A DNA stretch of 61,719 nt, the filler included, from Anaerolineae bacterium (GTDB taxonomy: Bacteria > Chloroflexota > Anaerolineae > Epilineales > Epilineaceae), in NCBI GenBank assembly GCA_029262755.1. It is 4 parts of 4 records of this genome, joined end to end, with 100 filler letters (N's around TTAATTAATTAA, not from the genome) between each part and the next. Parts side by side here need not be neighbours in the genome. Positions count along the whole stretch, not along the records: positions 39,184 to 49,951 come from JAJCYU010000119.1; 3 more parts are not named here. One strand, 5' to 3'. The notes under the pieces are model-generated. The model was not told where the DNA came from. It made no database searches and saw only the letters and a program-made list of their open reading frames with translations. This document shows, one piece after another, positions 39,186 through 50,051 of this stretch. The position numbers and the translations under genes were made by a program. Position 1 is the stretch's first letter, and every line of letters starts with the position of its first letter.

Positions 39186-40328
39186 TTGCAAGCCACGACC
39201 GACCTGACCATGGAGCGGCCACCGTCCAAGGTCAACGAGGTGGCACGCCGTATCGGTGAGCTCCGTGGGCCGGAGCGCGCGCGGCAGGCCATCGCGGTGC
39301 GCCTGGAGCCGCCTGCGCGCAGCGGCGAGATCGTGCTGCGCACGAAGGGCGTGTTGATCGGCTACCCGGGCACGCCGCTTGTGCGCATCCCGAACCTCGA
39401 GGTGCGACGTAAGCAGGTCATCGCCTTCATCGGGCAGAACGGAACCGGCAAGACGACCTTCCTCAAGACCTTGCTCGACAAGGTGCCGCTGCTGGAAGGC
39501 GAGCTGAAGCTCGGCGCCAGCCTGGATCTCGGCTACTTCGCTCAAGCGCATGAGGGGCTCGTCCAAGACAATACGGTCCTCGACGAATTGATGCGCCACT
39601 ACCGCTTGAGCCCAGGCGAAGCCCGCGGCTACCTGGCCGGCTTCCTGTTTCAGGGCGACGACGTCTTCAAGAAGGTGTCGGCTCTTTCCGGTGGCGAGCG
39701 CGGCCGACTTGCCCTCTCGATTCTGGCCAAGCGCGGCGCGAACTTCCTGATCTTGGATGAGCCAACGAATCACTTGGACATTCCCGCCCAAGAGGTGCTC
39801 CAAGCGGTGCTAGAGGCCTACGAGGGTACGGTGCTCATGGTCACGCACGACCGCTACCTCGTAGACCGCTTGGCCACCCGGATCTGGTCGATTGTCGACG
39901 GCCGGTTGGAGGACCACAAGGGCAACTACCAGCGGCTACTGCGCGAGCGTGCCGCTGCGCGGGAGAAGCAGGCGTCGGCGCCGGCTCCCGCTCCGCGGCC
40001 CGCACCGGTCGCAAAGCATGCGTCGACGGCGAAGAAGGCTGTCAGCGCCGGCGCGACCTCAAACGGCGCCGGCCCAGATGCGGCGGAAGCCGTGGATGCG
40101 CTCAGCAAGAACGAGCGTCGACGCCTCGAGAAGGAGATGAAGAAGATCGAGGCGACGATCGCCGAACTAGAGCAGACGATCGCGGAGCTGGCGGACGACA
40201 TGCAAGATGCGAGTGCAGAAGGCGATTACGATGCGATCCAACGCATCGGCAGCGCGCATGACCAGACGATGGCGACGCTCACGAAGCGCTACGCCGACTG
40301 GGAGGCGATGGCCGCGTCGCTGGCATAA
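39186..40328 (+). CDS. ABC-F family ATPase (Uup-like), 5' truncated
   Basis: [34 protein letters not shown]-terminal coiled coil. Confidence 0.92.
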   Translation: MQATTDLTMERPPSKVNEVARRIGELRGPERARQAIAVRLEPPARSGEIVLRTKGVLIGYPGTPLVRIPNLEVRRKQVIAFIGQNGTGKTTFLKTLLDKVPLLEGELKLGASLDLGYFAQAHEGLVQDNTVLDELMRHYRLSPGEARGYLAGFLFQGDDVFKKVSALSGGERGRLALSILAKRGANFLILDEPTNHLDIPAQEVLQAVLEAYEGTVLMVTHDRYLVDRLATRIWSIVDGRLEDHKGNYQRLLRERAAAREKQASAPAPAPRPAPVAKHASTAKKAVSAGATSNGAGPDAAEAVDALSKNERRRLEKEMKKIEATIAELEQTIAELADDMQDASAEGDYDAIQRIGSAHDQTMATLTKRYADWEAMAASLA

Positions 40329-40531
40329 GGACTAGTCGGCCTCCGGAGCACAAGGTCGCTCGCGCCGATCCCGCAGCGCTCCGATCGAGGTGGAAACGTG
40401 AACGGGTCGAGGTGCGCTCGGACGTGCCCACCGGTACGGTTTGTCTCGCAACCCCCACGTCGCGTGTTATCTTGACCCAAGGCCGCGCTGCTCGTCGATC
40501 ACGACCGCGTAGGCATCCCCTGGAGATCACC

Positions 40532-42577
40532 ATGTCTGCACGACTCCCCTTCCTTCCCGCATTCGGGCTTGCCCTACTGCTGGTGGCGACCACGTTCGCC
40601 ACATTGCGCCTCGCTCAAACCGCGGGCGCGGCCCCGGAATCGGCATCGCCGGCCGTGCAGGAGATCAGCCCGTGCGTGCTGACCGGTACGAAGCGCGCGG
40701 CGCCCGAGCAGGTGCTGTTGGGTGAAGAGGTGCGCATCACGATGACCGTCGGCGCTGCCTGCCCCAGCCCGCCCGTGCATTGGGTACTGGTGCTGGACGG
40801 CTCGGATGCGATGAGCGGCAACGCCCAACGCGATGTGCAGCGGGCGGGTCAGGACCTGGTGCGTGGGCTGAACCTCGACGATCATCCTGAGCGCCAGATC
40901 GGCGTGGTGGTCTACAACGACGAGCCGAATTCGGTGTGCCAGCTGACCAATCGCGAGAGCATCGCGTTGCGCTGCCTCGATCGGCTGACCAGCACCGGTT
41001 CGCGCGACATCGGCGCCGCGATCGAAGAAGGCCGCCGGGTGCTGGTGCGTGGCCGACCCGGCCGTCCGGATGCCCGCGAGATCATGCTCGTGCTCTCCGC
41101 CGGCGAGGATGCGCAGGGCTGTTCGAACGTCTCGGCCAATGCCGGACAGACCAAGAGCCAGAACGTGCTCTTGGCGATGGTCTGCCTCGGCCAGGACTGC
41201 GATACACAGTGCTTCAGCCAGGCGGCCTCCAACCGCAGATACTTCCACCAGGTCGATCAATCCGGCCAGCTGCGCCAGACTTTCCAGGAGGTCGCAAACG
41301 AGGCTTCCCCCGCCTCCGCCGACGTCGAATCCGCCGCGCTGGTCGATCCGCTAGGCGCCAAGGTCGGGCTCGTCGCCGGCTCGGCCATGCCGCCCGCCAC
41401 GCTGCCCGGACCCAACGGCCGGCGACCCACGTGGCAATTCGGCACAGTGCCGGAGAGCGGCATCACCGTGACCCTCTTGGTAACCCCCACCGGCGCGGGC
41501 TTCGTCACGACCAACGCCGGAGCCACCTGGACGATCACCGACAGTGAGGGCCTTACCGCAACGATGCGCCTGCCGGATCCACGAATCCTGGTCCTGCGCC
41601 CGGCGCCGCCGCCGAGCGCGACGCCCACCGCCGCCTCCGGCTCCGCGACGGCCACGTCGAGCGCGCCTACCGCGCCGCCGACGATCAGCGCGACGCCGCA
41701 GTCGCCGCCCACCGCCACGTTCACGCCTCCGCCGACGCGCGGGACGCCCTCCGGGCCGAGCCCGACCGCAACGCCAACGCCAACGCCCACCGGCGGTGTC
41801 ACGGGCGAGCCGCCCAGTGCGACGCCGACGCCGGCGGAGGGCACGGAGCCCGCGACCGCGCAGCCCACGTCGATCCCGACCGGCGACGGCGGTGCGACAT
41901 CCACCCCGACCCCGTCGTCCGGAACGCCGGACGATCCGGCGCCTGAGGCCATCTATCTGCCGGTCTTGAGCCAGGGCGCCTTCCTCGGCGGCGATCCCGA
42001 CACAGGGGGCGGCGGCTCGCGCCTCGATACGATGATCGCGTTCGAACGCCACGCGTCGACCACGACCGACCCGCTAGGCACGCAGCGCGCAATCCGCCAG
42101 CTCGCCCAAGGGCTGCTCTTCCCCGTCGACGAGCTCCCCCGTCGCATCGGCCTCGTCTCCTTCGGCGGCGTCGCCGTCACGTGCCCGCTCGGATCGGACA
42201 TCGATGTCTTCGACGCCTGCGTCGGCCGAGCGCTGGCGTCGGGACCGGCCGTGGGCGGCAACCTCGCCGCGGGGCTCGACGCCGCCCGCGCCGCGCTGGA
42301 CGCCGCGGCCGACGGCCGGGACGGCGCGCAGGCCGTGGTTGCGATTGCGGTCCTCGAACGCCCGGCCGGCTGCGACGCGGCGCTCGTCGCGCGCGATGCA
42401 CTCAGCGCTCAGGGCGCGCGGTTGATCACCCTCTGTCCCGGCGACGGCTGCGAGCGCACGTGCCTGCGCGACGTCGCCAGCGGCCGGGCGGACTACATCG
42501 TGATGCAATCCTTTGCATGGCTGCTGCCGACGCTCAACGGGGTGCTCGATCGCCTGATGCCGATGGGCATGCCGTAG
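40532..42577 (+). CDS. Secreted VWA(in Ig fold) - long PT linker - degenerate VWA protein
   Basis: GGAG RBS; signal peptide; KRAAPEQVLLGEEV; VLVLDGSDAM; IGVVVYN; IYLPVL; IGLVSFG. Confidence 0.82.
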   Translation: MSARLPFLPAFGLALLLVATTFATLRLAQTAGAAPESASPAVQEISPCVLTGTKRAAPEQVLLGEEVRITMTVGAACPSPPVHWVLVLDGSDAMSGNAQRDVQRAGQDLVRGLNLDDHPERQIGVVVYNDEPNSVCQLTNRESIALRCLDRLTSTGSRDIGAAIEEGRRVLVRGRPGRPDAREIMLVLSAGEDAQGCSNVSANAGQTKSQNVLLAMVCLGQDCDTQCFSQAASNRRYFHQVDQSGQLRQTFQEVANEASPASADVESAALVDPLGAKVGLVAGSAMPPATLPGPNGRRPTWQFGTVPESGITVTLLVTPTGAGFVTTNAGATWTITDSEGLTATMRLPDPRILVLRPAPPPSATPTAASGSATATSSAPTAPPTISATPQSPPTATFTPPPTRGTPSGPSPTATPTPTPTGGVTGEPPSATPTPAEGTEPATAQPTSIPTGDGGATSTPTPSSGTPDDPAPEAIYLPVLSQGAFLGGDPDTGGGGSRLDTMIAFERHASTTTDPLGTQRAIRQLAQGLLFPVDELPRRIGLVSFGGVAVTCPLGSDIDVFDACVGRALASGPAVGGNLAAGLDAARAALDAAADGRDGAQAVVAIAVLERPAGCDAALVARDALSAQGARLITLCPGDGCERTCLRDVASGRADYIVMQSFAWLLPTLNGVLDRLMPMGMP

Positions 42578-42897
42578 GGCCCACGTGTTCGAAGCACGGC
42601 GCGGTGCTCGCTCGGACGCAGCCCTCCTGCTCGACGACCTCGGATCCGGTGGTCGTTCCAGTCGCCATGCGCGTCGACGTCAAAACCACGGTCCGCTCTC
42701 GCAGCTCGAGCGGGACGGCCGGCGTCCGATCGCAGCGCTCGCCGGCGCGCAGGGGCTGTAACTTCGGGCCCTTCACGCGTGTCAGTTAAGGCGTAGTGAG
42801 CACGAACTGCGGCCATCGGACAGGCAGGGCAAACGTCTAGTCCTCTGGCGCTCCACCATTTCCTCAATAATTTTCGCCTGACTGGAGCCTTGGCCTA

Positions 42898-44166
42898 ATG
42901 AATACGTCACGCATATACAGTGCAGTTGTCGCCGCGGGCTTCCTCGCGCTTGTCGCCTTCGCCGGCCTCGCGGTCGTGGGATTCGGTCCAATCGCATCGC
43001 CCGTTTCTGCGACACGTCTCGGGCAAGACCCGGGCGTCGTCCCCTCGACGTGCGAGGTCACCTCGCGCGCATCCGCCTCGCCGGACATCGTCCTGCGGGG
43101 GGAGGCGGTCACCGTCACGCTGCACACGGCGATCCAATGCCCGGCCGTGACCCCGACGGTCCACATCGCGCTCATATTGGACGGATCTGCCGAGATGGCC
43201 GGGGCGCCGATCCGGGATCAGACCGATCGGATGCGCGAGTTTGTGCAGGGTCTCGACTTGGAGAACAACCCGGGCGTGCAGGTTGGCGTTGTCGGGCATG
43301 GTGACGGAACCGCGTCGAACCTTTGTGCGCTGTCGAACAGTACGGCCCGGCTGCGAAGCTGCATCAGTCGCATCGGCGCATCCGGCGCTCCGGACCTGGA
43401 GGGTGCCATCGATGAAGGGCTGCAGCTGATCACACGGGGTCGAGCCGGCATCTCGTCGCCGGATGAAGTGAGCGAGATCATGCTCGTGGCCTCTGGCAGC
43501 ACCATCGGAGGCAATGGATGCAACGATGCCAAGCGCGCCGCCGGCGGCGTGAAAGCGCAGGGTATCCTCTTCATCACGACGTGTGCGGGCCGTACGTGCG
43601 ACCAACAATGTTTGAACCAGTTGGCGTCAAGCCCACGGTACTACTGGGATGAGATCGATGTCGGGCTGATCCTTGCAGCCATGCGCCCCATCCTCAATCC
43701 CACCGCCGGCGCGTTGGTCCGATTCATGGCCCTCACCGAGACGCTGGCGGCCGGTGTGACGCTCGTTCCCGGCAGCGCTTCCCCCGCGCCGAACGATGTG
43801 TCGCCCGACGGGATGACGCAGACATGGCGCACGGCTTTCGTGCCGCGCGAAGGCGTGACCTTCACCTTCCAAGCGAAGCCCAGCCGGCTCGGGCCGCAGG
43901 CGGTCGATACGGGCGCCGAGGGACTCTTGCGGGACACGGCGGACCGCGAGCGGAGCTTCCGCCTTCCCGCGCCCCGCGTCCTCGTGCTCGCCCCCTCCGT
44001 CGTGCCGACGGCAACGCCGGACGCATCGTCGGAGCCGCCTGCGACGGGCACTCCCGGCGCAGGCGCGACAAGTACGCCCACCCCACAACCACCATCGACG
44101 CAGACTCCGACGGCGCGCCGCTATCACATTTACCTGCCCTACGTCCTGCTCAACCACGAGATGTAG
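42898..44166 (+). CDS. Secreted VWA/Ig-fold paralogue with C-terminal IYLPYV tail
   Basis: Signal peptide; ASPDIVLRGEAVTVTL; ALILDGSAEM; CLNQLASSPRYY; WRTAFVPREG. Confidence 0.82.
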   Translation: MNTSRIYSAVVAAGFLALVAFAGLAVVGFGPIASPVSATRLGQDPGVVPSTCEVTSRASASPDIVLRGEAVTVTLHTAIQCPAVTPTVHIALILDGSAEMAGAPIRDQTDRMREFVQGLDLENNPGVQVGVVGHGDGTASNLCALSNSTARLRSCISRIGASGAPDLEGAIDEGLQLITRGRAGISSPDEVSEIMLVASGSTIGGNGCNDAKRAAGGVKAQGILFITTCAGRTCDQQCLNQLASSPRYYWDEIDVGLILAAMRPILNPTAGALVRFMALTETLAAGVTLVPGSASPAPNDVSPDGMTQTWRTAFVPREGVTFTFQAKPSRLGPQAVDTGAEGLLRDTADRERSFRLPAPRVLVLAPSVVPTATPDASSEPPATGTPGAGATSTPTPQPPSTQTPTARRYHIYLPYVLLNHEM

Positions 44167-44403
44167 GCGCGTGTCGGTCGCGGTCGGCTCGGGTGGGTTG
44201 CGAGTTTCTCGACCATCCAGCGGTGATCGACACACAACGGACCCGGACCATCCTCTATGGCCCGGCGCGCGGCTGGGGGGCCGTCCGCCGGGCCGTTGTC
44301 CGTGGTATTGGTTGGAGGCCGCGTCGTTCGGCGTGGTGGAGCACACGATCATTCGATCTCGCGCAGTGTCCTGACCGAGCAGCCTCACGCGTTTTATCCC
44401 TGC

Positions 44404-45592
44404 ATGAACGACTCGAATGTGCGTGTAGCACGCGCCCCCCGATCGCCGACCTCCAGCCGCGGATATGCGCGCGCAGGCCGGTCCGCGGGTCTCGCGCTCG
44501 CCGTCCTTCTGGCGGCGATCGTTGCGCTGCCTCCACATCACACGGGGGTTGTAGGGGCCCGCATGCTCGAAACGTCGAGCTGTATCGATGTCCACCGGGC
44601 CAGCCAGAGTTCGAAGGTGGTGCTTCTCGGTGAGAGCGTGACGGTCACGCTGTCGGTCTCGATTCTGTGCGCTGGAATCTCCTTTCCGGACGACCAGATC
44701 ATCGTGGCCGGCAAGCCCGCACGTTGGCCGTGGAGCGAAGCCCGCGGGGCTGCACGCGTGCTCTCGGACACGATTCCGTTGGTGGGCGAGTACCCGGTCG
44801 GGATCGTCGGCCTTGCAGACCGTGGGAATGTGCCCCGATGTGTGCCAAAAGCGCGGAACCTTGATCTCGCTGCGTGTCTGAGCGCCGTAGGTGGACTTTC
44901 GCCGAACGGGTGGGAGGATGCCATCGACGGTGCCCGGCGTTCCCTCGGTGCGGCAATCGACCCAACCTTGCCGATCGAGGTGCACAAGCTTCGGCTCTGG
45001 CTACTCTCGGACGATACCCTGAGCGCCAAGGACTGCGACGATATCGCGGCGGTTCTACCCTGGGTGCAGCGCGGCGGCGTGCTCGTTGGAACGGCGTGTG
45101 CAACACCCGGATGCGGGAGCCGCTGCATGGATTCCCTGGCGAGCATTCCCGATCTTGCTCTCGGTCACGTGGACGGGCCTCTCTTTTGCTGGAAGACTCG
45201 CCCGATCCCGGCAACGATTCTTTCTTAACCTGATCCACGCCCTTCAACTCGACGTGCCCCGCGCTGAGGGCGTCGTGGTCGAGCATACCGAATCGCATGC
45301 AGAGCACGAGCCGGTCGGGGATGGACCGACGCTGCGGTGGCGCACGACGTTCGTGCCGCGCGCCGGCCTCACCTTCACGCTGCGGCTGCGTCCAACGGCG
45401 GCCGGATTCCAGCCCCTGATCGGCGCACCGACGATGGCCTACACCGACAGTGTCGGGCGCGGCGCGGAGGTGGACTGGATGGACGGCCGGAACTACCAGT
45501 CGCGGATGGTTCTCGTCGTAGAGCCGAGAGCGCTGGGCGCGGCGTATCCGGTGCGAACCTTATTCCTACCCTATGGGTTGGTCAGACCCTAA
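44404..45592 (+). pseudogene. Third VWA/Ig paralogue split by a frameshift near 45165-45230
   Basis: First frame (to 45228): KVVLLGESVTVTL..CMDSLAS; next frame (to 45592): LRWRTTFVPRAGLTFTLRLRP..LFLPYG, matching the neighbour's C-terminal half. Confidence 0.7.
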
Positions 45593-45865
45593 GGGCAGAG
45601 GAGAGGGAGAGGTAAGCGACAACCATTGCTCGTCGAACAACATTCCCGCGCAACCGTGCCAGGGCCAGGCCCGTCGGGTACGACTTGCCCGTCGGCGATT
45701 CGACGCACCGTCGATCGCGCACCCATCAGCGATGGCAGAGGTCGACGGCCGGGTTGAACGCGACGTCCGGCATCGCGGCTTCCGTCGCCGGCCGGTGAGC
45801 CGGTCGCGCGGGCACCCGGGGCGATTGCGTCTCCCATCCAACCGCCTCTACACCCCAGCCAGCGC

Positions 45866-46996
45866 CTAGAAGAACACCTTCGCCAGGCGCAGCGCGCCCT
45901 GCTTCCATGGCACGCGGTGGCTGACGCCGGAGGCCTTCTCGAAGTCCGCGCGGTGGGCTACGTACCAATCGTAGTTGCGGACCAAGGCGTCTTGGTTCGA
46001 AAAACGGGGTGCATAGCCGAGCACGCGTTCTGCCTTCTCGATGCTGACGAAGGAGTCCTTGGTCACGGTTTCGTAGACCCAGCGGTAGAGGGGCGACCAG
46101 CCGACACGGTCAAGGAGGCGAAGGGTAATCAGGGCCGGGAGTGCCGGGATCGGAACGATCTGCTTACCGTGGCCGGCCGCGTCGAGCACGGCCTGGTAGT
46201 CCGCCCGCAGCGTTGTGTATTCCTTTGCGCCTATGTTGAACACGTCGTCGACATCGGCCTTGGGCAGTGTCGAGAGCGACCACAGCGCGTCGCACAGGTC
46301 TTCCACGTCCAGGAGCTGGTAGCGGTTGTCGCCGCTACCGAGCACGGGGAAGTTGTGGCCGTCGAAGGCCCAGTCGTAGAGCAGGGCGAAGACGCCGAGG
46401 CGCTCCGGGCCCACGAAGGATTTGGGCCGGACGACGGGTACGCAGAGGCCCTTCGTCCGGTACTCCGTGCACATCAGCTCCGCGATGACTTTGCACTCGC
46501 CGTAGGGTCCCACGCCCACGAGCTCGTCGGTCTCGTGGAGCGGATGGTGGTCCGGCACGCCGTAGACGGCCGTGGACGATACGTGGATGAAGCGGTCGAC
46601 GCCGTGCTCGTAGGCTGAGTCCAGGCAGTTGCGGAGGCCGTCGAGGTCCGTCGAGTAGATGTCCTCGGGATCGTAGAGCGGTAGCGCCGCCGCCGTATGG
46701 ATGACGACGTCAATGCCGTGCATGACGGCGTCTACGGTCACGCGGTCACGGATGTCGCCGCGCACGGCGGTCACGTCGCCGCGTTCCGGGTAGTCGAAGT
46801 CGGCGATATCCAACGACACGACCCGTTGCCCGTTGGCCAGCAGGTGACGGACCATGTTGATGCCCAGGAAGCCGGCACCGCCGGTGACCAGGAAGGTTCG
46901 CGCTTCGCGGTCGGATTCGGTGTCGGTGGCGAGGTTCGAGGCGGCGTCGACCGGGGAGGTAGCGGCGGACGCGGGACGTTCGGAAGCGTTGGTCAC
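45866..46996 (-). CDS. NAD-dependent epimerase/dehydratase (extended SDR)
   Basis: LVTGGAGFLG, HTAA, VSSTAVYG, YGECK. Confidence 0.92.
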   Translation of the reverse strand: MTNASERPASAATSPVDAASNLATDTESDREARTFLVTGGAGFLGINMVRHLLANGQRVVSLDIADFDYPERGDVTAVRGDIRDRVTVDAVMHGIDVVIHTAAALPLYDPEDIYSTDLDGLRNCLDSAYEHGVDRFIHVSSTAVYGVPDHHPLHETDELVGVGPYGECKVIAELMCTEYRTKGLCVPVVRPKSFVGPERLGVFALLYDWAFDGHNFPVLGSGDNRYQLLDVEDLCDALWSLSTLPKADVDDVFNIGAKEYTTLRADYQAVLDAAGHGKQIVPIPALPALITLRLLDRVGWSPLYRWVYETVTKDSFVSIEKAERVLGYAPRFSNQDALVRNYDWYVAHRADFEKASGVSHRVPWKQGALRLAKVFF

Positions 46997-47516
46997 GGGG
47001 GCACGTCTTTCGGATAGATGCTTCGCGGTGTCGGTTGGACGAGGATGGGGCGCGGCGCTGGTCGACCGACACCCATGAATCCGGCGCGGTGAACTCGAGC
47101 GGACGCGCGAACCCGACGGAGGAGCAATGCAATGGGCTTCATTGTCGGCGCGGGAGATGGTAGGACCCGTCTGGGGTGGCGGCAAGCGCCGAGCGGCCTC
47201 TCGAATTGAGCTTTTGACGCGTAAGCTCCGGTACCGGCGCGCCATCGCCGGCATGCGGTCTCATCGGCGATCTCGCAGCGGGGGCTAGTGCTGCGCGGGC
47301 ACAAGAACACGGTCGATCGCCAGTCCAACCCGAATGTGCAACAGCGGGATACGCATTCATTCCTCGACCAGCTTGCAGTTGCTGAACTGGGCGCGCCAAT
47401 GGGCCGTGCGTGGGTCGAAGGGACCAGGGTATTGCGGCGAAAATGGCTGGGGAGCAGCGGACCTCCGGTGCGCGGGCCGTAGCCATTTATCCCGTAGAAG
47501 CAGGTTGGACGAAGCC

Positions 47517-49313
47517 CTAATCCGCGGCGGCCAGACCCGTGCCAAGATCGAGTTGGGCCAGGTCGAGCTCGCCCATCGACGTGAAGCCGGCGGCGGCGAG
47601 CGCGTCGGGCGCGAGATCGTCCATGGCAAGCACCCGGCGCGGGTCGCGTGTCATCGTCGGGATGTCGAGCAGGCGGCGCGATGATTCGTGGCGCGCGAGC
47701 AGGGTCTCCCAGCGGCGTACGACCGACCACAGGCGCCGCCAGCTACGGTCGGTGACGTCGGCGCCGAGCTGGGGGACGAAGCAGTGGATATCCACCACGC
47801 GCGGGACGTCCCATAGCCGCAGCACGCGCCCGGCCCGCTGTGCGAGTTCGATCGGCGTCCAGGCCAGGTCGTAGCTGATGACCGCACGTGCGTCTTGCAG
47901 GTTGACGCCGAGACCCCAGGCGTCGGTCGCGATCAATACATCGTAGCCGCCGCGCCGGCCGACGCGTGCATCGTTGGCGATCGGGGCGAAGTCATCGATC
48001 AAACGCCGAATGCGGCGCGCCTCCTTCTGACGGAAGCCGTCGCCGGCCGCCTCGACCGTTGCCGCCACGCGTAGCTCCGGCCGTAGGATGCGCAGGGCGC
48101 GGCGCAAATAGGCCACGGTGGCCAGGCGCTCGCAGAATACGAGGGCCTTGTCGCCGTCGGCACGGAGTGCGTCCAGTAGCAACAGGAGTCGGGCCAGCTT
48201 CTCGTCATCCGCCGGGGCTAGAGCGTCCAGCTGTGCAAGCAAGGGCTCGAGCACGACGCGTCGTTCTTCGGGCGTCCGGCGGAAGCGCGCGCGGGTGTAG
48301 CCTCCCGGGCCGGGCGTAGCCAGCGTGCGCCGCAGAACCTGCCGCAGCGCCCACGGGCTGCTGGTCAGGCCGAGACGAACGTGTCGGTCGACGCCGCCCA
48401 CCGGCATTTCCTCGCCGCCGGCGTCGAAGAGACCGTCGGCCAGGGCCAATGCAACGGGACGACCGAGCGGGACCGGCGTATCGACGCGGTGCAGCGCGAC
48501 CCGTGGGAAGTACTTGCGCACCCGACCGAAGCGCACGAAGACGCCTTCCGCATCGCGCTCGCCGTGGCGATGGGCGACACGGGGCGTCGTGGCGACGACG
48601 GTCACGGGCAGGCCTTCCAGCGCGCCGGAACGGGTCACGCGCCATGCACGCGGATGCTCGACGCCCTCGTCGAGCAAAGCGCGGGTCGGCGCCGTGTGCG
48701 GCAAGAGCAGCAGCTGGTTGTTGAGATTCTCCGTTCGCGTGGAAAAGGGCGTTGCGGTCATGGCCAATACCGGGCAGCGCGCACGCGCCACCGCCGGCAG
48801 CCAGCGAAGAAACGCGCGCCGCTCCTGTCCGCTTGCACGACGATTGCGCAGCTGGTGGCACTCGTCGACGATCAGCAACCAGCGTTTGTCCAACGTCCGG
48901 AGCCGCTCCGCGAGCTCCGCCGCGGGACGCGAATGGCGGATATCGGCGTCGAGCGCTTGTACGTTGTGCAGCAGAAAGGGCAAGCGCGCGCTGTCAAGAT
49001 GCCGTCCCCAGGCGCGATGCACGGCATTGGGCGCGATCACGATCACCCTCTCGATGACGCCGTCGCGCCGCAACCTGCGCGCGATATCCGTGGCGATCAC
49101 GGTCTTGCCGAGCCCTGTGGAGGCCACCAGGTAGGCGCCCCGATAGCGACGGACGCGGGCCAACACGGCTTCGACGACCTCGTGCTGGTAGGCCACGGGA
49201 TAGCGATAGTCGGGTCGGGGAAGCGGAACGGGAACGCCGGCTGTCGCGTAGCGATCGAGCGGGATGGGGCGATGGACGGCGCGTCGCGGTGGGGGCGCGG
49301 GCACGGCGGTCAC
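47517..49313 (-). CDS. SF2 (SNF2/Res-like) helicase
   Basis: YQHE Q-motif, ASTGLGKT, IVDECH, MTATP, KALVFCE, ATDAWGLGVNL, QRAGRVLR. Confidence 0.88.
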   Translation of the reverse strand: MTAVPAPPPRRAVHRPIPLDRYATAGVPVPLPRPDYRYPVAYQHEVVEAVLARVRRYRGAYLVASTGLGKTVIATDIARRLRRDGVIERVIVIAPNAVHRAWGRHLDSARLPFLLHNVQALDADIRHSRPAAELAERLRTLDKRWLLIVDECHQLRNRRASGQERRAFLRWLPAVARARCPVLAMTATPFSTRTENLNNQLLLLPHTAPTRALLDEGVEHPRAWRVTRSGALEGLPVTVVATTPRVAHRHGERDAEGVFVRFGRVRKYFPRVALHRVDTPVPLGRPVALALADGLFDAGGEEMPVGGVDRHVRLGLTSSPWALRQVLRRTLATPGPGGYTRARFRRTPEERRVVLEPLLAQLDALAPADDEKLARLLLLLDALRADGDKALVFCERLATVAYLRRALRILRPELRVAATVEAAGDGFRQKEARRIRRLIDDFAPIANDARVGRRGGYDVLIATDAWGLGVNLQDARAVISYDLAWTPIELAQRAGRVLRLWDVPRVVDIHCFVPQLGADVTDRSWRRLWSVVRRWETLLARHESSRRLLDIPTMTRDPRRVLAMDDLAPDALAAAGFTSMGELDLAQLDLGTGLAAAD

Positions 49314-49415
49314 GAGCACCTCGGTTGTGGGGAGGGCGGGTCGACGGCGATCGCTGGAGAACACATTCGGTGGCGACGATCCAGAGATGAATCTCGGGAA
49401 TGCTAGAAACGTGTC

Positions 49416-49464
49416 GTTATAGCACGCATGTTCTATGTTACGATGAGGCACGACAGGAAGTCAA
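49416..49464 (-). promoter_or_regulatory. Helicase promoter TTGACT-18-TAACAT with LexA-like box AGAAC-ATGC-GTGCT
   Basis: -35 at 49459-49464, -10 at 49435-49440; near-palindrome ATAGCACGCATGTTCTAT 49419-49436. Confidence 0.6.
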
Positions 49465-49598
49465 CAAGCAGAGAGCATCGAGCGCTGCTTCGGTGATCGC
49501 GCTCGATGTGGGTCACCGAGCCAGGAACTTGAACGGCCCCCAGCAATCCGCGGTCATCTCCAAGTACCCGTTTTGCCTCGCGAACGAAGGAGCCCTGC

Positions 49599-49951
49599 GT
49601 GCCCGAAACCACCCAGTCCCCGTCATCTTCCGCCGCGCCGCCGGACGCCGCGCGCGCCCTCGCCGAGCGCTATGCGCGCGAACCGGTATGGGCCGTCGTG
49701 GGGGCGAGCAACGAGCGCGCGAAGTTCGGCAACCGCATCTATCGCACGCTGCGCGATGCGGGATACACGGTCTATCCGGTGAACTTGCATACGTCCGAAG
49801 TCGAAGGCGACACGGCCTATGCGTCCGTGCTCGACCTCCCCGAGCCGCCGACGGTCGTGGATTTCGTGATTCCTCCTGATCGCGCGTTGCCGGTTGCCGA
49901 AGAGGCGATCGCGGCAGGCGCACGGTGCCTGTGGTTCCAACCTGGAGCGGA
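49599..49951 (+). CDS. CoA-binding protein (YccU-like), 3' truncated
   Basis: WAVVGAS..KFGNRIY, YPVN, AYASVLDLP, LWFQPG. Confidence 0.88.
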
Positions 49952-50051
49952 NNNNNNNNNNNNNNNNNNNNNNNNNNNNNNNNNNNNNNNNNNNNTTAAT
50001 TAATTAANNNNNNNNNNNNNNNNNNNNNNNNNNNNNNNNNNNNNNNNNNNN
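49952..50051. other. Artificial contig-joining linker
   Basis: N-run / TTAATTAATTAA / N-run. Confidence 0.98.

Noticed and set aside
42820..42860. c-di-GMP-I riboswitch (CAGGGCAAAC)
   Set aside because: No GNRA-capped P2 stem and no GACGCAAA segment follow
37858..45592. Diversity-generating retroelement acting on the VWA paralogues
   Set aside because: No reverse transcriptase and no near-identical template/variable repeat pair seen
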